NCBI GenBank assembly: GCA_051531975.1
Contig: JAOPTT010000006.1
Span: forward strand, 192,656 to 256,655
DNA length: 64,000 nt
Source: Spirochaetaceae bacterium
GTDB lineage: Bacteria; Spirochaetota; Spirochaetia; DSM-2461
Direction of reading: 5' to 3'
Under the pieces are notes generated by a model. The model was given only the letters and a program-made list of their open reading frames with translations. It was not told where the DNA came from and did not search any database. Both the position numbers and the translations under genes were made by a program. Shown here in pieces: positions 62,101-64,000 of the stretch (positions are counted from its first letter, which is position 1; each line of letters opens with the position of its first letter).

Positions 62101-63708
62101 GATTTCTCTTCTATCTCTTCTGAAATTAATATCAGGACACCAAGGACTGCGATTATAGGTACCAAGGAGTTTGATTCTTTTATTAAAAAAAATAAACTCT
62201 ACAGAAAGTCTGTTGGAAAAGATAGAAGCTTTGATGAAATTAAACTTGCATTTCTTTCTGGGAAGCTCTCAAATGGACTTGAACATAAATTAGCAACATA
62301 TCTTGATCAGATTAAAAATCCAATTGCTGTACGATCTTCTAGTTTATCAGAAGACTCTTTTACCCAACCATTTGCTGGGGTTTTTCATACTTATATTCTC
62401 CCTAATACCTGTGAAGATAAGGCTCTTACCCTCGAAAAATTGAAAGATTCTGTAAAGCTTGTTTTTGCATCAGTTTTTTCCGACGAAGCACAGGAGTACT
62501 ACAAGGCCATTAATCACAGAATGGAAGGGGAAAAGATGGCTGTTGTATTACAAGAACTTGTAGGAAACCATTACGGCGATTATTATTACCCACATATTAG
62601 CGGAACAGCCTGTTCTTATAACTACTATCCCGTGGCTGATATGAAACCGGAAGAGGGATTCGCCATGACAGCTTTAGGCCTTGGTTCCTATGTCTCCGAT
62701 GGAATGTGTTCCTACCGTTTTTCACCAAAATATCCAAAGGTTGATATGTATACAAATAAAGATCTGATTAACAGTTCTCAGGTTAAATTTTATGCTGTAG
62801 ATTGTACTAAAAATAATATGAACTATGAAGTTGATGGAGAACTCGCATCTCTTGTACTGCTTAACATAAGTGAGGCTGAAAAACATGGATCTCTAAAACA
62901 CTGTGTTTCGGTTTATGATCAGCAGAATGATAGAATTGTTCCAGGACTTTCTGCGGCTGGACCAAGAATATTAAATTTTGCAAATATACTTAAATACGAT
63001 TATATCCCTTTGGCTAAAACTTTAGAAATTATTCTTAATACTATTAAAGAAGCATTTGGATCTCCAGTAGAAATTGAATTTGCTGTGGATCTTAATGAAG
63101 CAGAAAATGGATTACCAACGTTCTATCTTCTTCAAACAAAACCTATGGTTGAAAGCAGAGGGAGCATACACTTTGATCTTGAGCAATTTGGGAAGTCTGA
63201 AGCTCTTCTATACACAGAAACAAGTCTAGGTAATGGCGAAATAAAAGATATTTTTGATATTATATATGTTGATAAAGATGCATTTGATAAGTTAAAAACC
63301 CTGGAAATGGTAAAGGAGATTGAATACCTTAACCGACTTATGGTGGATCAAAAAAGGCCTTATATACTCATTGGTCCAGGTCGCTGGGGGACAAGGGATC
63401 AGTTTCTTGGAATACCAGTAAATTGGGCTCAGATTTCAAATGCAAAAATTATTGTGGAAATTAGCTTAGATAATTTTCCTTTGGATTCATCCTTAGGGTC
63501 ACACTTTTTCCATAATATTACATCTATGAATATTGGGTACTTTTCAGTTAATAACAAGAAAGAAGCAGAATTTCTTAATTGGGATAGATTATACAAGGAA
63601 GAACTTATTAATGAAACAAAATATTTTAAACATGTGCGCTTTAGGAAACCATTAAGAATTTTAATGGATGGCAAAGAAAAAAAATCTATAATTACCTGGA
63701 ATCTTTAG
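59143..63708 (+). CDS. PPDK/PEP-synthase-like ATP-grasp protein with N-terminal sensor-like repeats, two REC domains and a C-terminal His-swivel-like domain
   Basis: LGGKGRGL, AVRSSSLSEDS...FAG, MAVVLQE, VEIEFA and LLQTKP ATP-grasp motifs; REC motifs; SLGSHFF. GTG 59143 is 8 nt after AGGAG; the ORF track starts at 59134. Confidence 0.85.
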   Translation: MVTEDIAEKDSLKLISTIVELTSINSPMNIVLQKVVDEIMSSLSLTDILSVRLIIDGVEYMNSGFIKTYCLEKIILDLPENNSGVFEVYYEKKYGENGDRCFNCLSIIGNILTGYISKNKLDNLYFKNHERVKGINSIQLTNLILKKHNTLSDSLQEICNLLPEAWQFPKYTAARIFFDEKVFESSRFKETTWSLNKSFETPDNKKVEIEVFYLKEFPKADIGPFLNEEQSLLDILASIISGTYSNRSLQELLEHNTERLKELRGINRTSEILKNSSSVEESLEEVCNILPEAWKHPEDTVVRISYNDKIFTSENFRESIWVQHQSFECPGNKKGEIEVFLLKEYAVEDEGPFLKEERDLLVNLARLISGSAGSDVLKKLIFENNERLKELRAINMTSKIISEYKPVDQTMFEITSILKMSWQYPEFTEVKIHYEGCNYTSEGFRETSWNQKENFITIDNNKGYIQVVYLKEFPTSDEGPFLREERDLLINIGKLISGYFNNNKGRDIFRKNVHKQRQIEKPEEYKKMFMTNKRPLQLFFNQQVIDKYIYMDMMKYKVKEILFVATFYDAFILENEDGFFERFMGEIYQYSLFSLPRITGVTTSEEALEMLDNKSFDLVILMAGLDREAPVLLSEKIKDKTPSLPVYILLNQKSNIKYFEAKVTSSKTLDNLFYWNGDSEILFSIVKSIEDRANVANDTQVGLVRVILIVEDSCLYYSKYLPMLYSIVFGQVQRLLPEVEKNELDKICKMRSRPKVLLARNYEDAMYLFNKYKDYLLCVISDIEFDHGGQLDKKAGINFIKYVKSHMVKLPIILQSSNARNKKKAKDLDVFFINKNSDTLLNDLKKYLNSYLGFGNFIFQDKNGQKIAEARTLKEFEKQLAVVPDETLYLHAIANQYSIWLMARGEITLAKTINPMRIESLDNISLTRTQLISIIKDSQDEKKKGKVFRFEEDTLFTEQNIVTFADGSLGGKGRGLAFINTLIYNFDFSSISSEINIRTPRTAIIGTKEFDSFIKKNKLYRKSVGKDRSFDEIKLAFLSGKLSNGLEHKLATYLDQIKNPIAVRSSSLSEDSFTQPFAGVFHTYILPNTCEDKALTLEKLKDSVKLVFASVFSDEAQEYYKAINHRMEGEKMAVVLQELVGNHYGDYYYPHISGTACSYNYYPVADMKPEEGFAMTALGLGSYVSDGMCSYRFSPKYPKVDMYTNKDLINSSQVKFYAVDCTKNNMNYEVDGELASLVLLNISEAEKHGSLKHCVSVYDQQNDRIVPGLSAAGPRILNFANILKYDYIPLAKTLEIILNTIKEAFGSPVEIEFAVDLNEAENGLPTFYLLQTKPMVESRGSIHFDLEQFGKSEALLYTETSLGNGEIKDIFDIIYVDKDAFDKLKTLEMVKEIEYLNRLMVDQKRPYILIGPGRWGTRDQFLGIPVNWAQISNAKIIVEISLDNFPLDSSLGSHFFHNITSMNIGYFSVNNKKEAEFLNWDRLYKEELINETKYFKHVRFRKPLRILMDGKEKKSIITWNL
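59530..60681 (+). repeat. Three tandem 384-nt (128-aa) intragenic domain repeats
   Basis: ER(V/L)K starts at 59530, 59914 and 60298. Each unit carries ..W.(F/H/Y)P...F.E..W and EVF.LKE....GPFL.EE..LL-like motifs. Confidence 0.85.
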
Positions 63709-63710
63709 AA

Positions 63711-64000
63711 ATGGATTATATTAGAATTGGAATTTACAGTGAGCACAAACTTCTACAAGAAGGGATTTGCAGCTTAATTGAAAAAGTAGAAGGTCTTCAG
63801 ATCTGTCTTCAGGAAAATACTATAGGAAAACTATTAAAAACAATAAGACTTAGTCAGATTAATATTCTTATTTTACACCCCGTAGCTCTAGATCTCTCAG
63901 TTATGACCCTATTAGAACAATTAAGAAATAAGTACCCGAGGATACAAGTTCTTATACTCTCAGCAGTAGAGAATGAAGTGAATATTCTGAAAACAATAAA
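63711..64000 (+). CDS. NarL-like response regulator with atypical receiver (3'-partial)
   Basis: Manual translation MDYIRIGIYSEHKLLQEGICSLIEK...INILILHPV...KYPRIQVLILS...ILKTI aligns to the NarL REC pattern; starts 2 nt after the upstream stop. Confidence 0.75.
   Translation, partial: MDYIRIGIYSEHKLLQEGICSLIEKVEGLQICLQENTIGKLLKTIRLSQINILILHPVALDLSVMTLLEQLRNKYPRIQVLILSAVENEVNILKTI

Noticed and set aside
224..63674. Many short ORF-track entries antisense to or nested in long genes (e.g. 224-454, 7477-7821, 10563-11003, 17040-17483, 33122-33400, 54870-55151, 63429-63674)
   Set aside because: They are shadow ORFs overlapping well-supported genes, with no motifs or RBS.
1..64000. CRISPR array, rRNA, intact tRNA, IS element, complete DGR
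   Set aside because: By eye I found no regularly spaced repeats, GC-rich structural RNA tract, transposase or reverse transcriptase.

Overview
AT-rich bacterial chromosomal window (roughly 30% GC by eye), probably from a free-living anaerobic spirochaete. That assignment is inferred from a spirochaete-type anti-sigma antagonist pseudogene and the signal-peptide style. I saw no rRNA, intact tRNA, CRISPR array, transposase, integrase or reverse transcriptase. There are about 43 CDSs. Signalling genes: membrane-bound AraC, two chemoreceptors, two hybrid His kinases, adenylate cyclase, PilZ. Metabolic genes: class II RNR, HydCB-like/FdhF formate dehydrogenase with mobA and fdhD, arginine deiminase, fructose-6-phosphate aldolase, ketopantoate reductase, class V aminotransferase. 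Also present are transporters, RecQ and two tandem exported caspase-like proteases. Most notable: (1) a 1.5-kaa dikinase-like protein with 128-aa sensor-like repeats, two receiver domains, an ATP-grasp and a His-swivel-like domain but no pyruvate-binding barrel, coupled to a NarL-type regulator whose phospho-Asp is replaced by His, a candidate non-canonical phosphorelay; (2) tandem exported caspases with swapped C-terminal modules; (3) a Lol/MacB-like envelope operon with a sigma54-like promoter and enhancer-like sites; (4) a HydB-like subunit with bifurcation signatures but lacking the N-terminal thioredoxin-like domain; (5) pervasive leaderless gene starts.
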